A stretch of DNA of 64,000 nucleotides. Origin: Raillietiella orientalis (taxonomy: Eukaryota). How positions within the stretch are numbered: the stretch's first letter is position 1; every line of letters starts with the position of its first letter. Under the pieces are notes generated by a model, which was not told the origin of the DNA, did not search any database, and was given only the letters and a program-made list of their open reading frames with translations. The stretch covers positions 1,116,001 through 1,180,000 of the forward strand of contig JAYWIR010000047.1 in assembly GCA_036172245.1 (NCBI GenBank). Reading direction: 5' to 3'. Shown here in pieces: positions 23,147-36,539 of this stretch. A program made the translations under genes and the position numbers.

Positions 23147-24960
23147 GGGGGTTTACACCCGGTTACGCCCGGGCGTTTATTTAAAAAACTCTGCATACGC
23201 GGTACAAGGCCCCGCTCACGGCCATACGCACGGGACCTGCCGGGACGCCGGGACGCAGCCCGGCGTACCGTTCCTCAGCAGCGAAGGGGGATGGGGATAA
23301 AACAAAAAGAAAAATAAAAAATAAACAAACGAAAAGAAGTTGGAGGGCAGGGAAGGGATCACTATTCGCTGTGAGGAGGGCCCATCCGTTGAAGGAAGCC
23401 CTCGAGGTCCATCCGCATATTCCCCAGTTGGGGCCATCCGGCAGCTCTCCGCAAGAAGCGTTGGGCGTATGGTATGACATCCCTCGCGTGTGGACCCTCT
23501 CCTTCGTTGTTGGCGTCGCTCCATGCCGCCACGATGCCTCGGACGCAGCACAAAGCTGCGATGGCTGCGGCTGGCTGCAGGGCGTCCTTCACGAAGAGGG
23601 GCCGAAGAACGTCTCTGGGGGTGCTGCCCATAGGGAGCCCGAGGGTCGTCCCGAACCGTTCCCAGAGGGGTCGGAGGGCAGCACAGTCCACAATAAGGTG
23701 GGAGAGCGATTCCCGCTCTCCGCACCTGACACACTCAGGATCCACAGCTCCCCTTGTCCAGTGGAAGCGGCGTGCGTTGCAGGGTAAACCCCAGTGCAGC
23801 AGTAGCAACGCCGACTCTTGCCACTTAAGGGGCAGGATCCTGGATTCCTTAAGTACCGGGGGCCACTTCAGCACATCCGTAGGGATGGCGAGCAGCTCGC
23901 CCCATCTCGTCAAACCTCGCGGCTGGACGCTCGGGGTCGTGGCGTCCGCCAGTTCTCCTGTGGTCCAGCCGCTTAACATCTTCTCCCTGCCTGCGATCCG
24001 GCAGGAGACTTGCCACCTCGGCTTCTGGCGGTCCTGAAGCGCCCTCCGGAGGTAGGGCATCGCCGTAGCAAGGGGGGTCGTCAACGCCCACCTGCGACTC
24101 CAGGGAATTCGAGTATTTCCCGCAGGGTGCGGTTGGCGTATGGGCCGATTCGCAGGCAGTTCATATTATCTTCGCTCCTCCGGTTCTGCTTGGCCCAGGT
24201 GCCAGCAGTCTCCTCCAGCCAGGCGGAGGAGTTGGCGGGGCCACAAACCATCCAACCGTTCGCCTTCGCCAGGGTTGCTATGCGTCCGAGCATAAGGCCG
24301 CATCTTCGAATCTTCCGGCCAGGGCACAGAAGAAACGACGCAAGTCCTTCGCATCGGGACACACGCCTGGCGAGGAGGCGGGCCGGAACGCACCAAGGGG
24401 TGCTCCACATCTTCGCTGCGATGGCGAGGGTTCGCCACCGCAGCTGGATTTTCACGCGCTCCAGCGTCAGGAGGCCAAGACCGCCGTCCCGACGCGGAGC
24501 GCACAAGTCCTTCAAAGGGACTCGGGGCCTGCCCTTGCCCCAAAGGACTATGCGGAGGAGGTCCTTTGTCCTCTTTTTACATTCTCTGGGGGCGGGGCAA
24601 ACAAAAAGCAAGGGGCGGAGGATGGGGGCCGCAAAAGCGTTCCAAACCGCGGCCCGTTCCGGCAAGTGAAACTTGCCTTCCAGGAACGGGCCGATCGCCG
24701 TCTCAACTTTTTGAAGGCAGAGGGAAATGGGGGGGGAGGGAACGAATGGAGAGACCCTCCACCGAGTCCCTGCGCCTTGAGCTGTCTTGGAGGAAAGGGG
24801 AAGGGGACACCGGCGTGTATGCCCCTTCGCTTTCCCTTCCCCCGTCTCCTAGCAACGGGAGGGAAGGCGGTCACCGGACGGGCACGGAGGGGGGAGGGGG
24901 AGGAAGGGAACGGAGGGGGAGGAGCAGCGCCTTCTCCCACTCCCCGTAGGGTTGTTCCCT
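23147..24960 (-). mobile_element. LINE copy B; best-preserved ORF2 C-terminal half, with an eroded RT4-5 extension
   Basis: CLQKVETAIGPF..ERAAVWNAF..LKDLCAPRRDGGLGLLTLER (ORF 24081-24665, extending to ~24719). After a frameshift, ORF 23362-24084 contains LPLKWQESALLLLHWGLPCNARRFHWTRGAVDPECVRCGERESLSHLIVDC (complete zf-RVT). 3'UTR hairpins and AATAAA at 23176-23181 (minus). 24720-24960 is an eroded RT4/RT5 (RGVGEG..F..LRA...HAGV). Confidence 0.92.
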
Positions 24961-25059
24961 TAGCGTGCGGGGCCGGCGACCCTCTTCCGGGGAGGAGACG
25001 GTCGTCCAACCCTTTTCATCCCCCTCCTTTCCTCCCCAATACACAGTAGCCGGAGGACT

Positions 25060-25930
25060 GGCAGTCCGCACCTTCGAGTCTCCGCTCTCCTCTAGAGGGT
25101 GTGTTGTTGCCGCGGAAAAGACCCTGCTTCCGCACCACCACCCCTTCCCTCCCTTCGGCTTCCGGGAGGCTCCCCGCAGGTCGACGCTGAGGTCACCATT
25201 CAGGCATTTCCGCACACGAGCTGCCGGGGCCGCAAGGAACAGGAAAGAGCAGGGGAGTCGATGCCAGGGCGGGGAAAGGGGAGAGCAGGCAGGGAGTGCC
25301 TTTCCGAGGGACTGCTAAGGGCTATGGCGAGGGGTCACAACCCAGCCGCGGAAGCTGCCGAAGGTGCTATACTGTTGAAAGTTCCCGTAGACTGGGAGAA
25401 GGGAGAGGACACGGGGCGAAGGCGACTCCTCAAGGTCACCGGCCCTCCCTTGCTCCACCTTTCGAGGAGTGGGGCGGGGCGTTGTTGACGGTTGATGACT
25501 CCCAAAGGAAGGCACCTTTTAAGCTTTCATCGCTCCAGGGAGGGAGGGTCGCTGATCCACCCCCTCTCGGGCCAGAGCAGAGGGAGAGCCCTGTGTGCGG
25601 CCAGGACCAAGGGTCTCTCCCTTGCTCCCCAGGACACGCTCGGGATCGCGGCAAAGGGGCGGAGGGGCGCCATTGGATGGTCCTCCAGTGGGGAGTGGGA
25701 CTTCAACGTGGGTTCTCCCCCTTCGTTCCGTTCGAGCCTCTTCCCGGGAGCGGACCGCAAGGAGAACTTGGAACGCGGCATGCCCTGCCATGCTCTTTAT
25801 TCCCTGTCCCCGGTGGGAAGCTCACGGGAGGAAGCGACCACACCCACTCCCGCGCGCGGAAAGCCCTACTTCCTATCTCCCGCCGCCCTAGGAGCTGGAA
25901 GATACCCCTCCGCCCATTCAAGGGAGGAAG
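25060..25930 (+). mobile_element. Eroded LINE AP-endonuclease remnant
   Basis: Ordered degenerate motifs: DAEVTIQAFPH (QETH-like), EGAILLK (GVAIL-like), GGALLTVD..FKLSSL, WDFNV at ~25697 (GDFN), GSDH at ~25830 followed 19 residues later by WKIP. Confidence 0.55.
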
Positions 25931-28900
25931 GGAGGGGCAAGGTCCTCGTTTTCTGTGGGTCAGGGAGGGAGGGGCAAAGCCAGCTCTTCCCTTAGGGACC
26001 CTCTCAGGAGTTCCCCAGGAGGGGAGGGGAACCGAAGTGGCGGCTGAGGGTAGAGCCCCCCTGAGGTGCACTTCCGACGGGGCTGCCTCCCCCCTCCCTT
26101 CCTTACACGAGTCGCAGACTCTCTATCCCAGATGTGCGGGAGAGGAGAAGGAAAGGTGCAGCTCAGGTGCCGTCTTGAGCGACGTGCGACAACGACGACG
26201 ATCCTGTGGGCGCAGCTCGGGCGCAGCGCCGGCAGAGGAGGAAGGGGGTTGCACTATCCGAGGGCTTTGCTAGAACCCTTCCTTCCCTCCTCCCGTCCAC
26301 TCCTACCCCTGCCCAGCGCCGCGGACACGCCGAGGGACTTCAGGACTTAGAAGAGTGAGAGGAGCTCCTGCCTCACATTGCAGCGGAAGGGAGAGGGGCC
26401 TGGTGTGGGGTCGGAGGTTGCTGAGGGGTGCCGCCTAGCATCCAGGGTCCGTAGGCCCACGATGACCGGAAGCTGGCCGATGCAGCAGGAAGAAGCTCAA
26501 GGGAACTGAGGGAAGGAGGAGTCGCCGCCCCTTGCCGAGCACCCGGAAGGTGCCTCGCCATACCGCCGCAGTACTGAGCGGGGAGAGACCCATGTAGAAT
26601 GGGTCACTCCTCGTTTCCTCTCCCCTTTCCTCTCCCTTAGCCCGCATCACATTCCCCTTCCCCGCTTGGGTCTTCGGCAGACCCTCCACCTCCCCTCTCC
26701 CTGTTTCGCCCTTCTATTCCTCTTTGCCCCTCCTTTTGCATGTGCTGCAGAGTCTGCTTGGGTCTGCAAACGCTAGGAGGCCACACTCTTCCACTAACAG
26801 CCCTCTTCTTCCCCCGACGTATTCGCGGACTCTGTTCCCAAGTCGTGCTCCTCTTCCCCCGTTCTCTAGCTGAGCACGGTGGACCCACATGGAGAGAGGA
26901 TAGGAGAGTGGCGCCGGTATCTGCAAGTCTGGGGAGTGAGGGAAAGCGCACGAAAGGTCAGCCCACGCCCTTTTGCCGCGCGCCCCATCCTCGACGGCGA
27001 CCTCGACCGCTTGGTGGAGGTCGCCCTTCTGACCGGCAGAGAGCCTTCCGAACACGCCTTGCTCTACAGGCGTAAAACCTGTGCTGCTGAGCAGCCGCCA
27101 TCCCGCCTTCGTTCCAAGTTCAAGGGCGGCCGAAGCTTTCCACAGCTTTCCTGCCCGCCGAACAGCTTGGAAGAAACTTCCTCAACATGCGAGGCGCAAC
27201 CGGGATACGCACAGGCACAGCAATCTGCTCTGAGAAGGCAGTCCAGAGGATAGCGGCAGCACCACGTCCTGTTGGGGAGACAGGCCTCTCAGACTGCGAG
27301 GCCATCAGGACCCTGCGCACTCCTCGAGATGACGTGAATGCATCCTTCCTGAGAATAGGAAGCAACGCAGGAGGAAACAGATCTCGAATTCAATCGATCT
27401 TCTTCACCCTGATTACAAATGCAGCATTACTGTCGGCATCCTGCACCAAAACCGTTAAAGACGCTTACCAGCTCCAGATGGATGCCCTTCGCAATGCATG
27501 CAGCGTTCTTGCTCTTTGGACTAATCTAAGTAATTTTGCTTTAACTCTTAAGAAGCGAGGGGAGAGAGAGAGGGGGGGGGGGTAGAGAAAGAGGGAGGGA
27601 AGCAAAACAAAATGAAAAAAAAAAACAGCAAAAACTTTTTCTCCCTTCGTTTATCAGTGCCTTGGCTCTTCCGTTCCTGTTTATTCGTTTATTGGGATCA
27701 TCATGTGTCAGCATAAACTCATAAAAAATAATAAGAGAACTTGATAAATATCGATCAAACCCGCGCGCCGCGTAGCCAAGCAGCAACGGCGGACGGCCAG
27801 ATTAGCCTAACGGTCGCAGTAAAGTAAACACATTGTTGGGACAGGCGGGCGGGAAGGAGCGCTTTTATCACCATTTCGTAATTGCTCGCTCCGCGAGCGA
27901 CTAATAGGATGACGCTGCCGTCACCGCAGACAGTCCTCCCGGGCGTCTTACCCATCTTCTCGGATTAGGAAAAGCCGTAAAAATAGGGTCCATCCGGCGG
28001 GCCGCTTGGAGACAAGAGGCGTGCCTCTCGAGCTCGATGGGCACATGCGCTCCATGAGGAAGGGGAAAGGGGTAGACGCGGAAGAAGAGGTGGGCTCTGC
28101 GGCGGCGATGTGAAGCAGGCAGGCAGGCTCCCTTCTGGACTCCAGACGCGGACCCACCCTGCCGGGGTGAATGCGGGCGTGGCAGGACTTCGACGGAAAA
28201 CAGCCGATGGATCCTCCTCGCCCGCGGGTGCGAGGCCGGCATTCAGGAAACATTTCCTAGCAACAACTTTCATCTTTTACCGCTGGACGCTCTCTCAAAA
28301 CGCCGACGGGCGCACCCACGAATGACGGTGGGGTGCTCCAGACGACAGCTTCCTTCCCCGATAGCCCCACGCGCTGGCTGAGGACCTCCGCGGGGTGCAA
28401 CGAACAACTTATGCGCTCGCGCAATTACGCGCACGCACACACCGCGCATGCGTGGACGTGCGGTGCGGGGATCAAGTGCACGTACGTTCTCACGCCCGCA
28501 TACGCGCCCACGTGCCCGCGGATACGCGCGAGGAGCGCGCTCGACGGTGCCTTTGCGTCTGCCCGTTCCGCAGATGCGGGTGCGCAACACTGGGAATGCG
28601 CGCTCACGTGCGCACGCGTCTGAGGGAATGGCGCAGCTGACGGACTGTGCGTGCGCGCGCACCGAATGCGCGGACGTGCCCGTGCGTGCCTGCTCATCAT
28701 GAGGGGAGAAAAGGGAGGAGGAAGCGATGCGATACGATATCATCGCTCATCCATGATTCCTATCGGTGTTCCTCCGACTCCCTGGAGCAGTGGCCAAGTC
28801 TGTTCAAGGATCGCTGCCGGTCCCAGATGTCAGGGTAGCAGGGAGGGACGCCGCCGGCGAAGACACCTCACCGTCTTTCCTTGCTTGCCACGAGCATCAT

Positions 28901-31900
28901 CTCCGGTGACCCTTGAGTTTCCTATCTTCCTTCCCGCTCTGATTCCCCGCGGACAGGAATACAGCTTTGCTTCCCCATCTCTTTCCTCCGCTTCCCGCGT
29001 CCAAGACGTAGGGCCTGCGAAGCGGCGAAAAGGGATTGTTGCTCGGTGCCCCTGGAGCTGCCTGGCAACGCTCCCGAGAACCTCAGCGGCGGGAGCTCAG
29101 GGAGGGGCGGTGCTCTCAGGAAGGGGCATCCGGCTTCCTGAGCCGCTCTTGGGCTGCCATCCCAGCTTCTCGACGGAGGGTGGGAGGAGGAGGTCGCCGC
29201 CGCCGGTCCGGGAACGAAGTGGGAGGGACGACAATGTTAGCTGCCGCCCCTTCCTCTTTCAGAGAGCCCCCACGGTCACTTCCTCCCTCTTGGAGGCAGT
29301 CCGAAGGGCTGGTCCAGCCCTTGGCGCTTCTGGTCGCTTAGGCAAGATAGCTTGAGCGCGAGGGCGGATGCAACAGCGCGTGGACATTCTCGAGGAAGAG
29401 TACGAGAAGGGTAAGAGAAGAGGGTGGGGCAAGAAACAGCAGCAGCAGCACCAAGAACGGGCGCGCATGTGTGAGCGCGCGGGCACATGCGGGCTTTTTC
29501 TCTTCCACCTCGTCGTCGCAGTGAGACCCGGGGTGCGTGAGCATGCGTGTTTTTGGGTACCCGCAGCCCTGCACCTCCCTCCGTACGCGCGTTCCTTCCA
29601 TTCTTCTCTTTTATTTTTCCAGTCGGTGCCGCCTTCCCCTCCCTCTTCCCCCTCCTTCCTTCTCTGAGAGTGAGCGAAGTCCCAGCGTCCTCTCCTTCCG
29701 CTACGCTCTTCCCCTTTTGGGTTCACTACCACCGACAGCACCGAGTAGCTCCGGGCTCTCTGCCGCAGCAGGAGGGGCGTCCTTTCTCTGCTTCCTTCCT
29801 TCCTCCCCTCCTGTTTGGCTGAGGAGCCTGGGTCTACGCGGCGGCAGGGAAGGGCAGCTGCCCGGCTAGGCGCTCCCCCGAGACGGTGCTATCGGGATAA
29901 AGATTTCTTGGCATCCTGCTCTTTTTCCCCATCTGCCTTAGCCGCCACTTGGCCCTACAGAAGACTGCTGCTGCTCACGAAGAGAGTTCTCCGCTTCCCC
30001 CCCCCCCTCCCCCGCCTTTCCTTCACCTGCTTCTTCTCGACTCGCGTCGTGAACGTGGTGGTGGAAGGGCGAGTGGGGTGGAGGGAAGGGAACTGCGTCT
30101 GGACTGGGGAGGGAGGGGTAGGATGATTTCCTCTACGCACTTCCGCGCGCTCTCCAAGTGCGCTGTCGTATCCATCGCCATGATGACATCCAACAGCAGC
30201 ACTGGCCAGGCGACTCGCCAAAGAGCGCGTGACAGATAAATCAGGAAGGACCAGCAGGAAGCACCGGGAAGAATCCCTCTTGTGGGTTCAGACAGAGCTG
30301 GTCGGAGGTCTCCGGACTGTCCAGGAGTCTTCCTTCCCTGGCTAGGCGCCTTCTTAGCAAGATGAATCTCCTGCGGCGGTCGGCGCAGCACCGTCTTCCG
30401 GCTCCAGCGGAGGGAAGCTAGAGAGGAGGAGGAGGAGGAGGGGGGAAGCGCTCGTTGCCCTCGGTGAGGTGAGGGGAACGACCCGGAGATCACAGCATCC
30501 CATGCTTCTGTTGACTCCCCTTGCTTCCGAACGGGGAAGGTCGTGCACCAGCGGGAAGTCAGGAACGAGGGCAGCCGCCGCAGGATCTGCGTCCTCTCGG
30601 AGCCGGGGAGAGGAAGAGGAGAGGAAAGCAGGAGATCGTTCAAGAGCAGCGGAAGGCGGATGCAGAGACGCCGACCGGTCCTTTGAAGACGAGAAGGGAC
30701 TCGGGATGGTACCTCCGGTGCGCATCTTCTTGTCTTGGGGGCGGCTCCGCGAAACGCCCGCTTGCTGACCCGCAGCCGCGAGGAGAACCTCTGAAGCGCG
30801 CTCAGCGGCTCCAACTGAGCTGACGGACGTTGGCAGTCGGGGGATGGAGTCCTTGGCCTCTGGGATGGACCGCGGGCCCAGGGTGAGGAGCGCCGCCTAC
30901 CGGGGACCTACCGTGCGAACGCGAAGGGCAAGGGAGAAGAGCGAGTGCAGTCGTGACGGGCCCCCTCTGACCCACTCCAGAGGGATGCAGCCTCCTTGCT
31001 GTGCCCCGGGGAGGACTGATGCTGTGCCTCGACGTGGAGGAAAATCGCGTCCCCCAAGATTGAGAAGAGAGGTCTTCAAGAAAGAAAGAGGAGGAGGATC
31101 CCGAAAGGAGGTCCCATAATCGTCAAGAGCGCTGCTGGTGTTATGGAGGCTGCATCATCGTCAAAGATGGATGAATTAGAAAATAATTCAAAATGGCCGC
31201 TCGCGCTCTCTCCGGCGTAGTGGAAGCGGAAACCCTCCCGTGACAAATGGGAAAAGTTTCTCTCGAAGGAAAGCACGAAGGAAGAGTTGGAGATTTTGCG
31301 GGGGAGCCGAATCTCCCGGAGGAGCGCAAGGAGCGCAACCCCGCGTTCGGGATCAGCAGAAGGAGGAAGCATGGCGGCGTCTCCTTGGCTGGGCTACGGG
31401 GAAGATCGGGCGGAAACCTCCCGACCGAGAGCGGAAGACAGCAGCCATTAAAGAGGGGAAAAAAGAAAACGCTCGTGCAGCCCGGCGGACAACTGAGCGG
31501 AGCGGCCACCGGTCTGTCGGACGGGAAGCACTCGGCCTCGCCACCGACGGGCAGCAGACCGCGACACGAGCGGCTTCGTCTCTCAGGCGAAGGAAGAAAC
31601 TCTCTCGCCTGTGTTCCTTCCAGCCGCGCGCCGGCCTCCTCTGGAGCGGCAGCAGCTCTTGTTCGCTGCCATCCTCCCGGAGCGCTCTCCTTTCAGAATT
31701 TGGTGTGGCGCAGCCTCCGGGCTGTATATTCATCACCCGGAGCCGCTGATGCTCTCTTCTTTGTTTGCTTCCCCACTGGGTGCGATGTTTGTTTCTCGTT
31801 CAAGCCGAATTCTTTTAAAAAACATTTCCGCTCAGGTGCCAAATTTGCGACGGTGAAACCTTAAGGGCGCAGAAGATCGACGAGGGATGGAGAGTGATTT

Positions 31901-33141
31901 TTCTTCCTTTTCGAATTCCACTTGAACACGTTCTCATGAACTTTCAAGGAAGTTTGAAGGCAGGTGAGAGAGTACCGCGAGACTACTTCGTGTCGCCCCT
32001 GTCTAGCTGGAAGACATAACAACCCCGCGTTTGCAAATGCCTCTCGGCGTGCTTCACGCGGCGTGTGTGTATCAAGACCCACATCTGTATACACACATCT
32101 CACCATCACTAAATACGAAACATCTCGGACCATCGGTACTGAGCTCCGCTTAATTTTCTGCTATTCTATTGCATTTATTTCTGTATTGACTGACTCTTAT
32201 CAGAGCACTGGAATTAATAATGGAATCAGAGTTTTTCTTTATCCCATTACTGCTAAGGACTCATTGCATATATTTAAAAACAATGGCCTATTATTATATG
32301 TGTGGGCTTAATTGCATAGTGTATGGATTACTCTTGGAGCACATGTAAGCGCGAGCACGCACACAAGTTTAGAGATGTAAGTAGATATGGATAAAGGTAT
32401 ACGTACGTGTGTATTCAAAAGTAAGGGGATTGGACAAAGTACACTATGAACATTTGTAAGAACATTTGTAAGCACAGTTCAGGGAGGCAGAACACTATAT
32501 GACTCGATGTATCCGTGCCGTATACGCCGACCATGTACAGATGTGCGGTAACAATTGCAGGCCTATGACGAGGGCGTTCATCGCGCCATGGAAACCGTAA
32601 GCGGGTAGAAGGGCTACCTGCGAGCACTTGACAGCAGTGGGCGTCGTAGGAAGGGACTCACAACTTTTGACGAAGAAGTACGCACGAGGGTTCGAGAAAA
32701 GCAAGGAGTTCTGCTGTTGGGAGCAGTGTGCATGGACCTCACGAAACTCACCATTTGTGAGAGCAGCGTTTTGCCAGGAAGGGGTTTTCCTCCGTGAAAT
32801 GCCCGCGTTCTGGATTGTCGGTCTTTTGCTTGCAGGAGAACAGAATGTTGTGCTAAGGACCCGACTGAAGAAGGGAAGGCCCCTTAACCAACCCGAGTGT
32901 GCGCTGCCATTTGTCACGCGTAATTGAAATCCCCGCCAATTCCTGTATTCGTAATACTGCAGTCTTCCGAGCAAGAAATTTCCAGTATGATTTTCATTTT
33001 GCCCGTGAATTTGAGCTTTCGTTCGAAGAAGTAAGGGGGAAAGAACTCACATGAAAACTGAAATGGGCTTTTTTGGTTTATCCCCCGAACAGAATTGGAG
33101 AGATGTTTGTCCTTTTTTTTCTTTTCCTTTTCCATCAGTAG

Positions 33142-33184
33142 ACACACACACACACACACACACACACACTCATTCATTCATTCA
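33142..33184. repeat. (AC)n followed by (TTCA)n microsatellite
   Basis: Read directly from the sequence. Confidence 0.9.
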
Positions 33185-34189
33185 GATGAAATTCCATGAA
33201 TTCCGAGTTTAACTCGGTTCACGTGCCCAAGTTTCTCGATCCTAGCCTTGTCCTAATTCTTTCCCCATGTTGATATTGAAAAGGGTTGTTACTTCCGGCT
33301 ACGCCTTTCGTATCTTGGAGATCAGTTCAGATGGAAGACGAGCCATGCAAAAACACACACAGCATTTCTCAGGGGCCCGGGAGATTCTCCTACGTGAGTC
33401 TGCAATGTGCATCCTCCGCAGCGCATTCGAAATTCACCATCGTACCCTGTCTGTCTACCAGGCTCCCCTGGCTGATCAGCGAGCACCACCGATCGATCGA
33501 TAATTCTCTGCTCGAGGCTCCCATGCTGCCTTCAAGGAGTCGGCGGCTGATGTATCGTTCCGGGTTCTCTCCTTTCTCCTGGCTCCGTTTTAGGCAGAGA
33601 TGGTAGCGTCCCGCAGGAGCACCGCAGCGTGAGAAGGGAGAGGGTGGTTGAAGAGAGGGAAGAAGCCAGCAAGGATCGCCGTTGGCTTCTTGCGGATCGC
33701 GACGGGGTGACCCCCCCTGGGAAACTTCCAGGTAGAACCTGTCGGCATCCTTCAGAGGACGCAGTGGACGACGGAGCGGCAGTGGTGATCCCGAGGGGGA
33801 CGTTTCCTTCCTCTCCTTCCCGGACTACACGGAAAGGCAGAGGACGCGGAGATCCTGGAAGCCGTCGTTCAGGGAACCCACCAAGTCTCCTTGGTAGACG
33901 GTAGGAATAGCCTGAGAGCGAAGGAGGGGGAGGAGTAGGGAAGAGCGGGCTCATTCTGAGCCCGAACCAGTCCTCTGTTGTTCATTCACACGAGGAACCC
34001 TCGAGATGAAGGGAACTCGGAGGGGCTCCTGATCAGGAGAAGGAAGGCCCGGAATGCCTCTCTTCCGCCCACCCGTCAGGCTGTCAGACGAAAAGACGCC
34101 GGGGGACTCGACAACGAAGGAGTTGGAGAGCAACGGTGACGAGGGAGGGAGGAGGCAGAGATTCTGTGACCCCATGCGTTCCCACTGCA

Positions 34190-34450
34190 GCTGCCTCTGC
34201 TGCTACTAAACGCGTGACCTTCATCGGGAGGTCCTCGCGACCTCAGCATCCCTGGACTCCCCACCGAGGAATTGTTGGGTTCTCATGGCAGCCCCCTGAG
34301 AGGTCTTTCCTTTTCCCCGGACGAGATCCGTAGGGAGAGAGTCACCCCCTCTTCGATTTGCCGTTCCCCTGGTGACAATCCGGCCAACGGGATGGGGTGC
34401 TAGCGTGTCTTGGCGCTGTTTCCTTCTCCAGTCCCGTACCAGTCACCGGC
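34190..34450 (+). mobile_element. Possible eroded LINE RT1-2 remnant
   Basis: CTGCTACTAAACGCG(T)GAC = LLLNA-D at ~34200 (copy A VVNAD), then PERSFLFPGR at ~34296-34325 (QSxFxPGR-like) at the expected spacing. Confidence 0.35.
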
Positions 34451-36539
34451 ATAGCGTCCAATACACCGCGGGTCCGCTAGGAAGGCGATTATCGCCCATA
34501 ACCGAGAGTTTTCGGCGCTTCCTCCCTCCTGTGGCCTTCCCACTTTCGTACTCCCTTCGCTCCATCGCTTCCTCCCCGGGGCGTCACGCGCCTCTCTAGT
34601 TCTTCCTCTGAGGGCTCGAGCGCGCGCGCCACAGGGAAGTCGCTGCCGGCTCTGTCCCGTTCTTCGAGGGACCAGGAGGCTCTTCGAGCTTCCAGCTGCG
34701 TGGCACCTCGCTCTCCCTGGCCCGGGAAGGCGCAGTAACAAGCAGGACCCTCTCGTTCATCCCACCTCCGTTGCCGAACTACCGGGATGCTCTTCCAGCG
34801 TTTTGTTCTTTTCCCCTTGCGGCGCGCGCTGCTACGGGGCGAATCTACAGAAAAACCTACTCTCTTCTTCAGTGGCGTCTTATTTGTTATTCTTCCTTGA
34901 AAGGCTTGTTATTCTTCCTCCCATCCCACACCCTTAAGTCTCTTCACAGTCTCTCAGAGGTCCATCCTCGTTAAATCTCTAGCCGGCCATCGTTGGGTTC
35001 ATCCAAACAAGTAGTTTTTTTTTTTTTTTTGTTTTCAGCCTTACGTACGTTGGATGCCTGGAGAGGCCTTCTCAGACCGATTCTTTTCGGAAGACTCAGC
35101 TTGTTTCCCGGGGAGATGAGCATGCGGAGAGCCAGGCATGCCCGCAGGCATCCTCCCTTCGGATCAACTCGCAACGCATGCGGGAGTCGTCTCTGTCGGG
35201 AATGCGGCGGGCAGATCCTCGAACATCTTCCCCCCCCCCCCCCCCCCTTCCCTATCCATTTACGAGATCCAGAGATCATCCGCGGTAGAGCGAAAAACAA
35301 GCGCGACAACAACGAAAGAAGAAAACAGCATCCTCAGAAACACGGAGTTTCAGACCGAATGGGATGGGGCCTTTCGTGGACACGACGAGCAGCTTCATCG
35401 TTGCAACGCAGCCAACAATGCGTGTTCTCATTCGCTTGTTTTCGAGACGTATTGTTGACGTATTTTTCGGAAGCGCCAATAATGCTTTGTTTCGCAACAC
35501 ATTTTCTAGGTTTCTCGTGCACGTTTGGAGAGCGTTTGATGCGCACCACACGCAGAGCCGTGTCTGCGTGTGTTTTTTTGCACGCGGTACTCGTGCTTTT
35601 CCGAAGACGTTTGCGTAGCGAAATGGATGTCACCCGGGTGTGGCTAGGCAGCAACGTGTGCATGCGTGCGTCGGACGTAGGATGAATGGCAGAGCGTGCT
35701 CTCCCTCCGGAGAGGCTTGCGCAGCAACGTGAGTTTCGGGCGTGGCTACGTAGCAACCCCAGGAGTCGTGCGTGTGCATGTGAGCTCCGGGGGAGCATTC
35801 GCGCGGCGACGAGTGCTTTTTGCAGGCTGCGTGCGCGCACGGCAGCGCTCGCGCTGCATGCACGCCACTTGCACACGCCGTGTGGTGTTTCCGCGAAGGA
35901 TTTTCCCCGGCTCGAGCTGATCTCCGCGGGAAGCCGATCGGGAGATGGAGACAGGGGACCCGCCCAGCGGCATGGCGTGAACGGGATGACGCACGCGTGT
36001 CGCCAGAGGAGAGAGAGCGCTCGCTCACGCCGGGAGACGCTGGCGTTGCCTGCCGACCGATGCGCATGCGCCCCCCGCACTCCCGCCCGGAATCGAACGC
36101 GGACGCTGGAGGAGCTCCTCCGCGTCCCGTTTGGGGAGGATAGAGGGTCTCCCCCCTCCCCCCTCATCTCCTCTGCGACCCTGCAGAAGTCCCACTGCTG
36201 GTCTCTGCAGCTTCCCGCTCTCATCTCTCGTCGAAACGCCGCCCCTCCCCTGCCCCCTCCCGTTTCCCTTTCCCTCTCTTACCCGGCATTTCCTCCCACG
36301 GACACGTCGGGCGAGCGCGGCGGAACTTTCGACTCCCGGAGGCAAACGTTCCCGGGGAACCTGTCGATCCCCTGTAGGGAAGGTTCCAGAACCGCGTCCT
36401 TCGAGAGTGTCCCGGTCCTGGAGCGATCCCTTCGCGGAGCCGAAGGCGACGAGTGTGGAAGGAGCCGTCACCTCCACCTCTTACCCCATTCCCTCCTCCT
36501 AGGTAGCCGGCGTCTGCTCGGGATAGGTGAATGGGGCGC

